Below are positions 1 to 12,095 of a DNA stretch of 64,000 bases, piece after piece. Numbering within the stretch: position 1 is the stretch's first letter; the number at the start of each line of letters is the position of its first letter. Source of the stretch: Amphiura filiformis (Eukaryota); contig NC_092633.1 in the NCBI RefSeq assembly GCF_039555335.1, forward strand, positions 21,228,334 through 21,292,333. Direction: 5' to 3'. A model generated the notes under the pieces. It saw only the letters and a list, made by a program, of their open reading frames with translations, was not told the DNA's origin and did no database searches. The position numbers and the translations under genes are program-made.

Positions 1-245
1 AGTATATCTGTGATATTTAGATTCTTCTTCAAGCTCGCTATGAATTGAGCAATTCAATTTTTGCCAAAGCTCAATACCATTCGCAAGATGTTGTGAACTA
101 CCAAATCGCAACAGTTTAAAGTTGTTGCTAACCTTAAGAATGTTATTGAACTATTTAATTTTACCTTATACAGATATCGGTTAAACTTTGACGCACAACA
201 AAAAATAGGTAGTTCACTAAACCGACTCACCATGTGACCCAGCTC
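1..245. repeat. Dispersed repeat copy of the same family as 7340-7580, with segments partly in inverted order
   Basis: 'agtatatctgtgatattt' and 'accattcgcaagatg(t/c)tgtgaactaccaaatcgcaacag' recur at 7340-7460. 205-232 'agttcactaaaccgactcaccatgtg' is the reverse complement of 7540-7565. Confidence 0.5.
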
Positions 246-835
246 TTTATGACTACCTTTGTAAAAAAAAAAGTGACACAATGAGTCAGGTGTCATTATG
301 GTCATAACACACAATTCTCGCTATTCACAATAAGGGCGCCGCCAGCGGTTTGCGATGTAATCGTGATGTATCATGGGAAAAGGTCGACATCCAAGTCTGC
401 GCAATACGAATATTACCATGCTATTACATAGGAACACGTGACAATATTTTTTAGTTTATTACACGCAAATCGATAGAGAAAAAATTAATTGTGCACATTT
501 CAAATCACATTATTAAGTATTATTGAGTATCGATTCGCGTGTAACACCTTTATTTTGACAAACTATAAAAATATTGTCACCTGTTCCTATGTAATAGGAA
601 CTTTCCAGGTTCTTGTATGTTCAATGAAATTTTTATTTCACATAGCCAAACGACTTTTACTTCCCTGTGCTCAATCGGAGAAAAGACGTACAGATTTACC
701 AAACATCGAAAAACATTACATGTTCAATGAAACATGATGATAAAAAAAAATAGATATTTGCATTTTATTTCAATTTCAGGGGCTGTAGAATAATTATCTC
801 CTGGGGAGGGTAACATTTCCAAACGGCGTGCCAAA

Positions 836-1072
836 ATGCTCCCCTCCCCTTGGTCTGCCAAAAATCCCATCTCGGCCTGCCAACATCATGCCAAATTTTT
901 GGATTCTAATTTGCAAACCTTAAATGGTCTAAATATATATTGTCAGCGCATCGAGAGCGTTTTTGAATGTGTGCAAAAAATCGCTCCCACTCGGCTTGCC
1001 AAAAATCACTTGCCTCCCCCCCCCTTGTTGGCCCCTTCCAATTTGACCCTCCCCAGGGATCCTAGTGCCTAG
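836..1072. repeat. Degenerate tandem repeat of the 'GCCAAAAAT..CTTGCC(C)n' family
   Basis: Iterated 'ctgccaaaaatcc', 'cttgccaaaaatcacttgcctccccccccc'. Related arrays at 4150-4500, 8150-8400, 48950-49100 and in inverted orientation at 28290-28400. Confidence 0.45.
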
Positions 1073-1600
1073 TGATTGCACAGCCCCCCTGCAGACCTGG
1101 GATCAATGTCAGCCTTTCGTGCTGTTTAACAAATAATTCCATGCCATGCAATTTGATGGCCTTTTAATCCTTTAAGGGGCTGTCATTTTCTTCGGAAGGA
1201 TTTCATGAATATACCGCGCCTTCTTTACACACACGATCAAATTTTAATGCACTCCGCACACTTTCTTCGCTCTAAAGTTTTGGTGCGCTCCTCGCCTTTG
1301 TACCGGCAATGAATAATTTGTCTTGAGTCTGTGCAGGCGGAAGGGTGGGGTGGGGGGGGGTGGTCATACAAATTTTCGACCCAAGATAGGGGGTAGTAAA
1401 AAAATTTGCCCACAAAAAATTTACTCCGGTCACCGACATACAGGCCGTATCAAAATGTTTGGTACCCAACGTTTTTAGTGTTTATTGACAACCCTGTTTC
1501 TTCAATATCCTATATTGGATCCTCTCGAAATGCCCAGGATTTATAGTTTTATGATCTTTTATAACATTTATCTGTAAATAAAGTAGCTCATATGTTGCAT

Positions 1601-1640
1601 TTTGTTACCTAGCTGGGGGGTTTACAACCCCCAGCTAGGT
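1601..1640. repeat. Near-perfect palindrome 'acctagctgggggg tttacaa cccccagctaggt'
   Basis: Direct reading. The 'ttacctagctgggg' motif also bounds other elements at 4051 and 4527. Confidence 0.55.
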
Positions 1641-2096
1641 ATTGTAATCGTTTTGTTCTTCCGCTGGAAACAAACCACTGTAATCTCCCGTTTTCTTCCG
1701 CTGGCAACAAAGTTAGTACGAGGAACCCATACCGTAGTAGCTCTGCACAATAGGTAGATAGATAGGGCATACCGATAAATGATGTGTCTGTTTTGCCCGT
1801 TATTTAAGTTTGTGTTGCGAACTACAACAAAGTGAAATTGCACATGTTATTTTTGCTCATCTATCAGGGCACAGTTCTTGAACCCCAATATATTTGTATA
1901 TTCATTGAATAACCTTTGACAATAATGGGTACAAAAACTCATACCCTGTTCTCAAAATGCAATTATCATCTGTTCGTCATCCAAGCCCAGGGAATGTGTG
2001 TATGAGAGGATTGATGGCTAATATGATTTTGGAAGGGCTCAGTGGGAATTGAAAAGTTATTGCAAAAAACTTGAATAATAGTGACAGTGATTGGTG

Positions 2097-3142
2097 TACA
2101 CTCTAAATTAGAAAGACTTGAAATATTAGTTGAGACTTGTAAATTTTTAAGTCTTTAAGATTTATTTTACGCGGGGTTGGATTTAAATTTTACTTTTGGG
2201 ATCGGGAAATGAAAATCTATTTTTAAATCTTTCGAAAGACTTAAACATTAAACCAATCACAACGCGATGGTGCGTGCACGTGATCAAATCGAAACGTTTT
2301 CCTGGACTGCTCAGCCGCCATCTTTCTTTTGCGATTTTGTGTGGTGGCGAGCGAATGAATGAAGTGATATGGACGAATTTGTTTTGCAGAATGGCATCCC
2401 AAATGCTGTAATTGCCAATGTCAGTGACTATATCTTCCATGAAAAAGCTTACATTGTTGTGCACGAAGGGCCAATGTGAACATTATCTTCAATCGCCAAG
2501 GTAGTAGTCTGTGCTTCTGCTGTATAAGCTTACCTATACACATATATAATTTATAAATGGGTTATGGGTAAGCTTATTTCCATGAAGGATCACACTCGGC
2601 CACTGCAGTGACACTGGAATTATCATGGCTCTGCAGACTATTGCTTGAACTTTATGAAAGAAGTAGTCCGGACTTGGTATTACTTCTGTGAATAGACGTA
2701 TTACTTGATAAGAAGTCACACAGACTTGTAATTAATATCGATATTTAAATCCCCATAAAGATTTATATTATTTTGAAATAAATCCCAGATATGCTTAAAA
2801 GTAAATCTTAAAGGACTTGAATATTAAATCCAATGGACTTGCTGTTACTTAGTCTTATTTTTTAATCCAAAGGTTTTGTCACTGATTACAGTCCGCCTTG
2901 GATTTAAAAATTAAATCTTTTAAACTTGAAAATAAGTCTTTGAAGTATTAACATTTGCTCTTTGTAAATTTAAACTTTTAATCTGAAAGTTTTATTTTTT
3001 AAATCCCTGTGGGACTAAAATTGATAAAACTTTGTAAAGACTTATTTTAATCCTATATTGATTGGTCCTAACTACAGTCTTTGAAAGTTTTGTAAGTAAG
3101 TCTTTTGGATTTGAATTCAAATCCCTGTAATTTAGAGTGTAT
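2097..3142. mobile_element. Non-autonomous TIR element (~1 kb) with 14-bp terminal inverted repeats
   Basis: 2097-2110 'tacactctaaatta' versus 3129-3142 'taatttagagtgta'. Interior is AT-rich degenerate 'aaatcc/aagtcttt' repeats with no ORF. Confidence 0.4.
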
Positions 3143-4138
3143 AGTAAGCAATAGTTAAAATAATGGCAGGTGAAAGCAAAGCTACCAGAGTGTCCTATTT
3201 TACATCTCTGTACAGAAAATATGTCAGTTTACAACCATTATTATAATAAATTATACCAGATATAGTACACTCTTAGGGGCATATACCAGTTCATCGACCC
3301 ATTATGCCTTCAGTGGGTCACTACTGCTCTGAGCGAAGACAATAAATAAAAAAAAAGGAACATTTCTGACCAAATTTATGGTCCCCAAGAATTGTCTGGT
3401 CAATTATCCTTTTTATGATTGAAAGAAAAACACCACATTTTATAAACTCTTGTGATAAGAACAGGGTCACCAGTGAAATTGGTTTTGAAATAGAAACCAG
3501 ATTTTGAACCATATAAGAGAGTGAGATTATTGGGATCACATCCACACCAACACTCTCGTTTCAGTACCATACCATCTGCACAAGACCAGTTTTAGTTCTG
3601 CTGTATTCTGTTCAAGTATCAGTATAGATGTAATCCCAAATCTGAAATGTTTTGAGTATAAGGGGTTCACGATCTTTGAGCATTTGCTATTATAACTGTT
3701 TACATATTTAGTTGATGTAAACTTATTTGTATTTTCTGTGTTTTGTCATCTTGAATGAGCAACAAATAAGGTAAGAAAATTATATCGATTTCATTGTATT
3801 AATTTTGTAATTCTAATATTGGGTGGATGACTTAAATTTAGATTTGATCAATACGTGTCGATATTCATAAATATGTCAATTCAACAATTTAAAATGAGTG
3901 CTGTAAGTCCAACCATCATAATGTGTGCATCTTTTTACATTTTGTGGTTTAGATATAAAAAATGTTTTAATTAATGCAGCTCCATTTCATATTCTGCTGT
4001 ATGTATTGTACTGTAATTATTTCAACATTGCTCTGTACACTTAGGTTTTTACCTAGCTGGGGGTTAACAACCCCCAAGGCCAAGTTAGGGCCTGTTTTTC
4101 TATCCGATCCTTTCTTTCTTTCTTTCTTTCTTTCTTTA

Positions 4139-4525
4139 GGGGTGGTGCAATAATTATGTGTACGGGGGGGGAATTCTCAAAATGTTCTGCCAAAAATCGC
4201 TTGCCCCCCCTTTGGCCGTGCCAAAAACCTTTGCCCCCCTTTCGACGTGCCAAAAACCTTTGGCCCCCCTTTTGATATGCCCAAAAATGAAATTTTGCAT
4301 ATTTGAACGTGTTCGTAACGTTTTCCTACGCCTTTTTAGGGCGTAATATAGAAACGGTGCCCAAAATATCTGTGCCAAAAATTGCTTGTCCCCCCCTTTC
4401 GACCTGCCAAAATCGCTTGACCCCCCTTTCGACCTGCCAAAAATGCTTGCCCCCCCTTTTGGCCTGCCAAAAATCTTTGCCCCCCTATAATTCAGCCCCG
4501 GGGTACACACAATTATTGCACCACC
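4139..4525. mobile_element. MITE-like element with 25-bp TIRs enclosing ~8 tandem 28-bp units
   Basis: 'ggggtggtgcaataattatgtgtac' at 4139 and 'gtacacacaattattgcaccacccc' at ~4501 (one mismatch). Interior units 'ctgccaaaaa(t/c)cgcttg(c/a)ccccccttt(c/g)ga'. Confidence 0.6.
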
Positions 4526-4664
4526 CCTTACCTAGCTGGGGTATTCTAATGCTATCCGATTCTGCTTTCTTCTTCTGGCAACAAAAACTAGGAAATTTCA
4601 AAATGCTTCTCCTTCAGGTTACACCCTACAATTACGTATCTTGCACATATGTATCAGCTATATC

Positions 4665-4900
4665 CAGTGCCCATAAGGTGCAAACAGAATTGGGGTCAAA
4701 GGTCATTAAGGGGGCATTTCTGGTATATAACCAAATACCTTCGAAATGCTCCTTCTGCCACATATTACATAGCACAATGACGTCACTTACACATGTGCAT
4801 CGGCTTTACCCAGTGTCCATAACTTGCACACGGAATTGGGGTCAAAGGTCATTAAAGACCCATTCATGGATCCCAGCGAAAGTGTACAAATTTAAAATTG
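4665..4900. repeat. Two units of the 'GGTCAAAGGTCATTAAGG' satellite family, same family as 26690-27545
   Basis: 'ggggtcaaaggtcattaagggggcatttctggtatataaccaaatacc' and 'ggggtcaaaggtcattaaagaccc' with shared unit body. Confidence 0.5.
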
Positions 4901-4939
4901 TTCATAAATTGCTTAAAAGGGAAGGATAAGTTATTCAAA

Positions 4940-5480
4940 TTCAGGGGTCAGGTCAAAGGTCATACAGAGGTCAAATTTTAGAAATGCTTTTCCTGGACAA
5001 CTTTAAGGGGTACGGGCTCAAACTTGGTGACAACAAACTTAATGATCAAAGGAACATTTGAAACACTTTGCAGGGGTCAGGTCAAAGGTTAACTGGGGTC
5101 AAATCTTATAATTTCATTTTCTGGATATCTGTAAGGGGTACGGGGCTCAAACTCAGTGACAACAAATCTCATGACCATGGGGAACATTTTGCAATGGTCA
5201 GGTCAAAGGTCATGCAGAGGTCAAATTTATTTTTGAAATGCATTTTCTTGACATCTGTAAGGGGTTTTGGGGCTCAAACTATGTGACAACAAACTTACTG
5301 ACCAGGGGAACACTTTGGAACACTGTGTAGGGATCAGGTCAAAGGTTATCTGGGGTCAAATCTTAGAATTATATTTTCTGGACATTTGTACGGAGTACAA
5401 GACTCAAACTCGTGACAACAAACCTCATGACCAGGGGAACATTTTTGGAACATCTTTCAGGGGTCAGATAGATACCTCCA
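4940..5480. repeat. Satellite of ~131-bp units x4, each unit containing a perfect AGGTCAAAGGTCA direct repeat
   Basis: 'ggggtcaggtcaaaggt(c/t)a..' recurs at ~4944, 5075, 5199, 5332, followed by a conserved 'ggggctcaaact..gtgacaacaaac..atgacca.ggggaacatttt' body. Confidence 0.65.
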
Positions 5481-5660
5481 AAATACTAACATGCCCCAGC
5501 TAGGTTTGTGGTCTATGACCACCATTTGCCTCTAGTTGTTGTTGTTGCGTACATAATAACTGGAAACTGATGGGTACCAATCATTTTGATACACCCTGTA
5601 TTCATGACCCCCTCCCTGCTGAAGACAATTACATCCCCCTTAAAATGTATTAATTACCTG

Positions 5661-6356
5661 CCCAGCAAACACAAAAACGTTTTAAAAACGTTTTAAATAA
5701 GTTATATTTTGGCTTTTGGTTTAGGTAAAAACATTTTTATAACATTAAAATGTCGGGTTATAAAGGTCATGATAACGTTTTGAAACGTTTTGTATGAAAA
5801 CACACTACAACAATATTTTTAAATGTTTTCAAAAAATGTTATTGCAAACTATTTTGGCAAACATTTTTGCCAAACATTTTGTCAATACTTAAATAACATT
5901 ATGTTAAAATATTTGAACCCAGCAAGCACAGAAATGTTCTTAAAATGTTTTTTTCAAAACCTTTTAATAACATTTAAATGTCGGGTTATATAAAGGTCAT
6001 GGAAACGTTTTTAAAACGTTATTGAAAATATTTTGGGCAAACATTTTTCGCAAAATATTTTTTCAACCAAAATAACATTCTGTTTAGAATGTTTTGTATC
6101 AAGTTTTCAAGAATGTTTTTGGAGTGTTATTAAAACGTTTTTATACCCTTTATATAACCCGACATTTAAACGTTTTCTGTAAAACATTTTTGTTTGCTGA
6201 GCAGTAGATTATCAAAACATGTTTTTTAAGGTTATGAAAACGTTTTATTCTCTTAATATACCCTTTATATAACCCGACATTTAAACGTTTTCTGACAACC
6301 TTTTATAACCTTTTGCGAATGATGTCGAAAACGTTTTGTGTTTGCTGGGTGGCAAT
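5661..6356. mobile_element. Foldback-type element with inverted termini and internal inverted sub-repeats
   Basis: 'cccagcaaacacaaaaacgtttt' at 5661 versus 'aaaacgttttgtgtttgctggg' at ~6334. Internal 'aacatttaaatgtcgggttatataaaggt' (5970) occurs inverted as 'ccctttatataacccgacatttaaacgtt' (6140, 6260). Confidence 0.5.
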
Positions 6357-7339
6357 GTAAGTATGCCCTACGCGCAAATATGTTACATTTTTGTGATTAT
6401 TGTTTGTTGTTTGTTTACCCAGGTTGGTCCGTGAGGAACACATGCTAATCCATGGAAAACCATGGACCGTTCCAAGCTCATACAAATGCACAAGCCTGGA
6501 TAGCCAGTGTAGGCTAATATATGCATGCTGGCCTAGATAGCTTTGATAAACAAAGCAAGAAATGGAAGAAAATAGCTAGGAAAAGAGAAAAGAGAAGGCC
6601 ACTCCCAAACACAATTGTACAATTTTACTCTTAGCCCTTACTTCGTGAGAAAGGAAACTGGAATTCCAATCTCAGGCCCTGATGCAAAGACCCAGATGTT
6701 TAATTTGACATGTTTTTAGTGAATTTGGAGCATTTTTAATTTTTGCCCCCTATATGAACATGTCGGGAGCTGGGGCATTTTTTAGGGTCACGTGGTTCCA
6801 ATATACCTTGGCAGACAAAATATTTGAATTCAGCATACCCGAATTAACCAAAATAATTTGGTTGCCGACTTTTACGCGAACTTGCCGCTAGATAATAGGT
6901 TCCACGCCGAGTTGAATCAGATTATTTTTTATTTTTTGTTTATTGTTTGCTAGATTCAACTTTTTTTGGGAGTGAGTTTTTCACTCTATTACATTTAGAG
7001 TGTACACTATAGGCCTACTCTTAAATATGCAAGAAGACATCAAACATGTCAAAAGGTGTTCTTCATTGCGTGCAAGAACACTCACTAAATTTACCACTCT
7101 TAGAAATTGGGTAACTCCTATAAAGCAACACCCTGTAGTAACAATATATTTTCCCGGTACATACTTTTTATTTGACGTGTAATACTTTTTGACGTCACGA
7201 AAAGTATTAGACATCAAATATTATACGTAACATACGAAGTTTACTGATTTATTGTTGTTAATGAGTTATGTACGTTTTACAAAGGTGATGTGGTTTCAGC
7301 CCTCTTTACAACATAACTCATGAACCACAGGACCTACAA

Positions 7340-7580
7340 AAGTATATCTGTGATATTTGAATCCTTCTATACGCACGATCATGACATGATCAATCCACTT
7401 TTTACCGAAGCTCACTACCATTCGCAAGATGCTGTGAACTACCAAATCGCAACAGTGCTAACCTTAAAGAGTACTTTGTCTACCCTAACCTGTATAATAG
7501 GTGACCTTTGTGGTCAGATCAAATTTGTGGTCACAACTCACATGGTGAGTCAGTTTAGTGAACTTTTTTTGCGCATATAA
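7340..7580. repeat. Dispersed repeat, second copy of the family seen at 1-245
   Basis: Shared blocks with window start, some reverse-complemented. Confidence 0.5.
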
Positions 7581-7724
7581 TTAACATGTCTGTATATCTT
7601 CTTCTTCTTCTTCTTCGGTTGAGTCGGCATACTCAGACTAATTGCTGTATGTTCGCCAACTTTGCAAAGGTTTCAGAGGAATTGGACTGTCAGAGATACA
7701 CGATTCTTACTAGATGTTTGTTCT

Positions 7725-8030
7725 GTTTTCGGAGTCTTCACTTTTCTTGGTTGCTTTGGTTTCAGTTTGGTTTGTCTTGGTTATTTCAGTTTCTTTGGTT
7801 TCTTCTTTGTTTGTTACTTCAGTTGCTTTGGTTTCTTTGCTTGTCTTGGTTACTTCAGTTGCTTTGGTTTCTTCTTTGCTTGTTACTTCATATAAATTCA
7901 GTTGCTTTGGTTTCTTTACTTGTCTTGGTTACTTCAGTTGTTTTGGTTTCTTCTTTGCTTGTTACTTCAGTTGCTTTGGTTTCTTTGCTTGTCTTGGTTA
8001 CTTCAGTTTCTTTGGTTTCTTCTTTGCTTG
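7725..8030. repeat. Minisatellite (~21/42-bp periodicity) in the copy-A upstream flank
   Basis: 'ttacttcagttgctttggtttc(ttc)tttgcttgtcttgg' iterated. It translates as L-rich (+) or ETK-rich (-) low-complexity ORFs and ends at the duplication boundary (8037). Confidence 0.6.
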
Positions 8031-8595
8031 AAATTAATAATTCGAAGCATTTATCTAAGAGTGTAAAGAATGCCATTTTTCCATCCAAACCGATTAAATC
8101 GGGATCTTGCATACATCTGGACGGACTAGCACACCCAGGCCCGTAACCAAGGGGGCTGGGGCGGATGACCCCCTCCCAAAATGCCCAAAAAGTCCCCCTT
8201 TTGACCAAAAAAGTCCCATTTGCGAGCGTAGCGAGTGAAAAAATTGGGGTTCTCTATGCCTTTTTGGTCAAATAAGGTCCACATTTTGGGGAAAAAAGTC
8301 CACTTTTTCAAAATCCGCCCCTCCCCCCTAGCCCAAAAAGGTCAATTTTTTTTTTAAAGTCAAATTTTTCAAAATCAGCCCCCCCAAATAAATCCTGATT
8401 ACGGGCCTGAGCACACCTTACATATTTCATAGTGTGCGCCCAATAATTTCGGTTTGCAGCAAGAAATTACACTGAACATTCCAAAGACAAAGTGCAGTGA
8501 TTGCAATGTTAGTCATTTTACAATGTTCGTCATTATTAACCTATCCCTATACCATTAACATATACTTTTTTTTAAATTTCAATGTATATCATTAG

Positions 8596-9666
8596 ATCCA
8601 TTCGAATCTTCAATTACGACGGTTTTACCAACAACAACAGCTTTGGAAACAACTACGTCTATTCCAACAACTACACCGATTCCGACAACTACACCGGTTC
8701 CAACAACTACGCCTGTTCCAACAACTACCCCTGTTCCAACAACTACGCCTGTTCCAACAACTACCCCTGTTCCAACAACTACGCCTGTTCCAACAACTAC
8801 GCCGATTCCGACAACTACGACTATTCCGACAACTACTCCTGTTCCAACAACTACGCCTGTTCCAACAACTACGCCTGTTCCAACAACTACGCCGATTCCG
8901 ACAACTACGACTATTCCAACAACTACGCCTGTTCCAACAACAACTACACTGGCTCCGACAAATACGCCAGTTCTAATAACTACACTCGTTCCAACAACTA
9001 CTTCGGTTCCGACAACAACGCCGGTCCAAACAACAACTCCGGTCCAAACAACAACGCCGGTCCTAACAACAACCTTGGACAAAACAACTATGCCAATCCA
9101 GACAACAACATCTGCCCCAACCACTATGACAAACCAAAGAACAACTCTACAGCAAACAATATCATCATCAGCTGCAATGTCAATAATAACAACAGAAGTA
9201 GCGGCAACAACACCAATTGAAACGACATTTTCATCACACGTTCCGACGACAGAAGGAATGCATACCGTCGAAAACCCGTCAGTGCCTCCGACAACATCGC
9301 AAATAACACTAACGTCAAAAGGAGCAACAACTGCCTTAGTTGAAACCACTTCGGTAATTCAACAGACACCATCAGCAACTACGTCGGCAGCAGCATCGAC
9401 GCAACATGAAACGACATCACACGGAATAACATCAGAAATTATAACAAGAGACACAGATAAACCTTCTACAGCAGGTTCAACTGAACGCTCAACTGAAGGT
9501 TCAAATGAAGGTTCAAACGAAGGTTCAACTGAACGTTCAACTGAAGGTCCAAATGACGGTTCAAACGAAGGTTCAACTGAAGGTCCAAATGAAGGTTCAA
9601 ATGAAGACTCAAATGCAGGGTCAACTGAAGGTTCAACTGAAGGTCCAAATGAAGGATCAAGTGAAG
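8596..9666 (+). CDS. Mucin-like TM gene copy A, PTS-domain exon with (TTTPVP)x~25, S/T-rich spacer and (STEGSN)x~14; phase 1-1
   Basis: Open frame 0 encodes '[12 protein letters not shown]...[11 protein letters not shown]'. Candidate acceptor 'tcattag|AT' at 8594-8595 and donor 'gtgaag|gtaatt' at 9667. No ATG or signal peptide, so 5' exon(s) are not identified. Confidence 0.7.
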
Positions 9667-10527
9667 GTAATTATAAAGCATTGGTACTGTATTATGTCGT
9701 CGTTATCATTTTCTTCTCCTTCTACCTCTTAGCAAGTTTTATGTATGGATGTATGTGGGCATATGGATGTATGTGTGTAAAAATGCTTCGTCAGTTTGAT
9801 CCAAATCTCGCCAAATGCACACGGGTGGTCGAGGAATAATACGAGGAGTAGGGCCTATTTGAAACTACATTTGGGTGAAATTGGTAAACAATTGATCAAA
9901 ATCAAAATCGGTGAAAATGTGAGTTTGTACCCCCACACAGTGTAACTTGATGTATGATATCATCTCTACATTTGAGGACATACAGTATTTAACTTCAGTG
10001 TGGTCAACAAGTTAGGACACATGTGGCAACTAGCCAAATCAGTAGGTGAAATAAATTTCTGGTTATTATGTTACACTGGAAAGAGTTAAATGTTAGTAGG
10101 ACCCAGTGATTTTGTTTTTATTTATTAAAGATCTTCTGAACTGCACCTGAATCCTTTAACACAAAATCAGAGCAAGTTTAATTTTCAACCCCTGTTAACA
10201 TGAAATTTGACCTTGGGCACATTGAGCCTCAAAACTTGGTAATTACTCTCACAAGTGTTACATTTTGAGATCCTTGGGGCCAGGCGAATAATTTGCAATT
10301 TTTTTAAGTATTTAATTTTTGGGCCCGTATAATCAGGGGCATTTTGGAGGTCCTACTGCATATACCACACCAGTTAAAACCAAATAGAGAGAAATAAAAA
10401 ATGGCTTATCATTTAGCCCATTGCGACAACAGGTTTGCTAACTGAAATGATAAAATAGTATTAGAAGATAATGTTCTGGTATTGTAGCTGACCTTTCAAC
10501 AAGCTATTTTATGCGTTTTTGCCATAG

Positions 10528-10655
10528 ATGACACTAATGGTGTAGAAAAACACTTTGAAGTCAGTATTCATGTTGATTCTTTCAACTATGAACCGGCGAG
10601 CTTTGACATGCCACAGGGACTTCTAAACGAAGTAATTGATACCACAATTGATACG
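10528..10655 (+). CDS. Mucin-like gene copy A, SEA domain N-terminal exon
   Basis: Acceptor 'gccatag|atgac' and donor 'gatacg|gtaagc'. In phase with the previous exon it encodes 'DDTNGVEKHFEVSIHVDSFNYEPASFDMPQGLLNEVIDTTIDT'. Confidence 0.75.
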
Positions 10656-10773
10656 GTAAGCACACAACACTCTTCTTGTATTGTACAGTGTAGTTCAAAC
10701 CTCTCCCCATGCATTTTTATCCCCCTGACTTTACCCAATATAACTTTTGTGATATTCATTTTACCTTTCTCAG

Positions 10774-10993
10774 ATGGAAAAAGAGTGGCGTAAAAAGACC
10801 GACAAGAAAACTAAAGTGATATTGAAGGGTACCCGTGAAGGCAGTGTTATCGTGGATATGTTAGTCAATTTTTCTTCCGGTGAAAACCTTACTGTAGACA
10901 ATGTCTTGCAACCGATGTGTGATTTCCTGACTGAAGATAATTACCTTGGAGCTTCCACGCTGAAAATAAACCCAGACCGAACAACTGTCAGAG
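10774..10993 (+). CDS. Mucin-like gene copy A, SEA domain exon containing the G|SVIV autoproteolysis motif
   Basis: Acceptor 'tttctcag|ATG'. Encodes 'MEKEWRKKTDKKTKVILKGTREGSVIVDMLVNFSSGENLTVDNVLQPMCDFLTEDNYLGASTLKINPDRTTVR'. Donor 'gtcagag|gtaaac' is phase 1. Confidence 0.8.
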
Positions 10994-11995
10994 GTAAACA
11001 CATACCACAAAGTAATTACCCCCACTAATTAATGACCATTATTTCAACACTGTTTATCGTGTGCCAAATTTGGTATAAGCAGTTGAAACAGAATTTATTT
11101 CTGCGCATTATGACACCTCATTTGTTGCAATGCTGGTCCCAATATTAATGCAGAAGCGTGAACCGTATTCCAAGATTTGAAAGTTGCAGCACTTGAAAAT
11201 TTTTATCATTGTTGTTAGTATTGTCATAATTGTAGTTGTAGTTGCTATTGATGTTATTACTATATAGCAGTATCATTATCAGTTTGAAGAATGAAGAAAC
11301 GGTCACAATTTAACGATTCTGCAATGACCTTGGTCACTAAAGTAGCTGTAAGTATAAGCTTAGGAAATACAGTCAACTATTTAGCTGTAAGGGCTATAAA
11401 TATGCCTATATCGTGTTGTCATGAGGATTCAAACCAGTCATCTTCTGCAGAAGCAGCATTTTTTTGGCGGCATTTTTTTTTCAATGTTAAGAGTTGGGGG
11501 AGGGGGAAATTCTGACTCATCAGTGAGGCGAATTTTTTTTTCGTCTCACTAGTGGGCAATTTTTTTTTTTTCGTGGTACTGGTAGGTTTTTTTTCAAAAA
11601 ACTCTTATGCTTCCCCTCTGGAAATCAAATGGTGCGTCCCTAATGGACTTGAGAGCTAGTTTTCCTATTATATGATTTGACTGACAAAGGTTGTTACCAA
11701 TACCTTCAGCCCTCGCCCTCAGCAACCACATGGCCTTGATGGAACCTTCATGGGGGGAGGACGGCACTCAACATTCATTTGTAGGGTTTTTTGGGTCTTG
11801 TAAAAATTGTACGTATTCTGGGTTGTAGAGCTATCTCCAAACTGGGAGTTTTTGGAACTGCCAGAGAGCCTAAAATGGGCCACTTGACCGCCGCACATAA
11901 TACCTGTTCCCGTACCCAAAGGTTATTTGCAGTATGGATGCAAATAGTAAGACATGGTCATCTAACTACGTCGATTTCGCTCATTTCTCTTTCAG

Positions 11996-12071
11996 AATTA
12001 TGTGCGGAAGGTTTCTGTTTCACTAATGGCGTTTGTAATTACGATGCAGGTCTTGATTCAGAGACATGTTT
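11996..12071 (+). CDS. Mucin-like gene copy A, EGF-like domain exon (first part)
   Basis: Acceptor 'tctctttcag|aa'. Encodes 'ELCAEGFCFTNGVCNYDAGLDSETC'. Donor 'tgttt|gtaagt'. Confidence 0.8.
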
Positions 12072-12095
12072 GTAAGTTGTAGACCTACATATCTA

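Noticed and set aside
4150-4500. Regularly spaced ~28-bp direct repeats (also 28405-28725 and 8640-9000) that could superficially resemble a CRISPR array
   Set aside because: There are no unique spacers between constant repeats. The units abut as minisatellites or lie inside TIRs or a coding PTS domain, and the context is eukaryotic with spliced genes and LINEs. No cas-like ORFs are present.
7586-8208. ORFs 7586-8146 (+, Leu-rich) and 7888-8208 (-, ETK-rich)
   Set aside because: Translation of a minisatellite. Low-complexity, with no splice or start context. Present only in the copy-A flank.
8579-9349. Long ORFs overlapping the mucin PTS exon in other frames: 8582-9220 (+, N/Y-rich), 8579-9349 (-, V/G-rich), and the same at 49301-50125
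   Set aside because: They are frame shadows of the 18-bp tandem repeat. Only frame 0 (TTTPVP) continues in phase through the SEA, EGF and TM exons.
11285-11348. Conserved block 'tttgaagaatgaagaaacggtcacaatttaacgattctgcaatgaccttggtcactaaagtagct|gtaagtat' in intron 3 of both copies, with an acceptor/donor-like context
   Set aside because: Stop codons occur in all three frames, so it is probably conserved intronic or repeat sequence, not a cassette exon.
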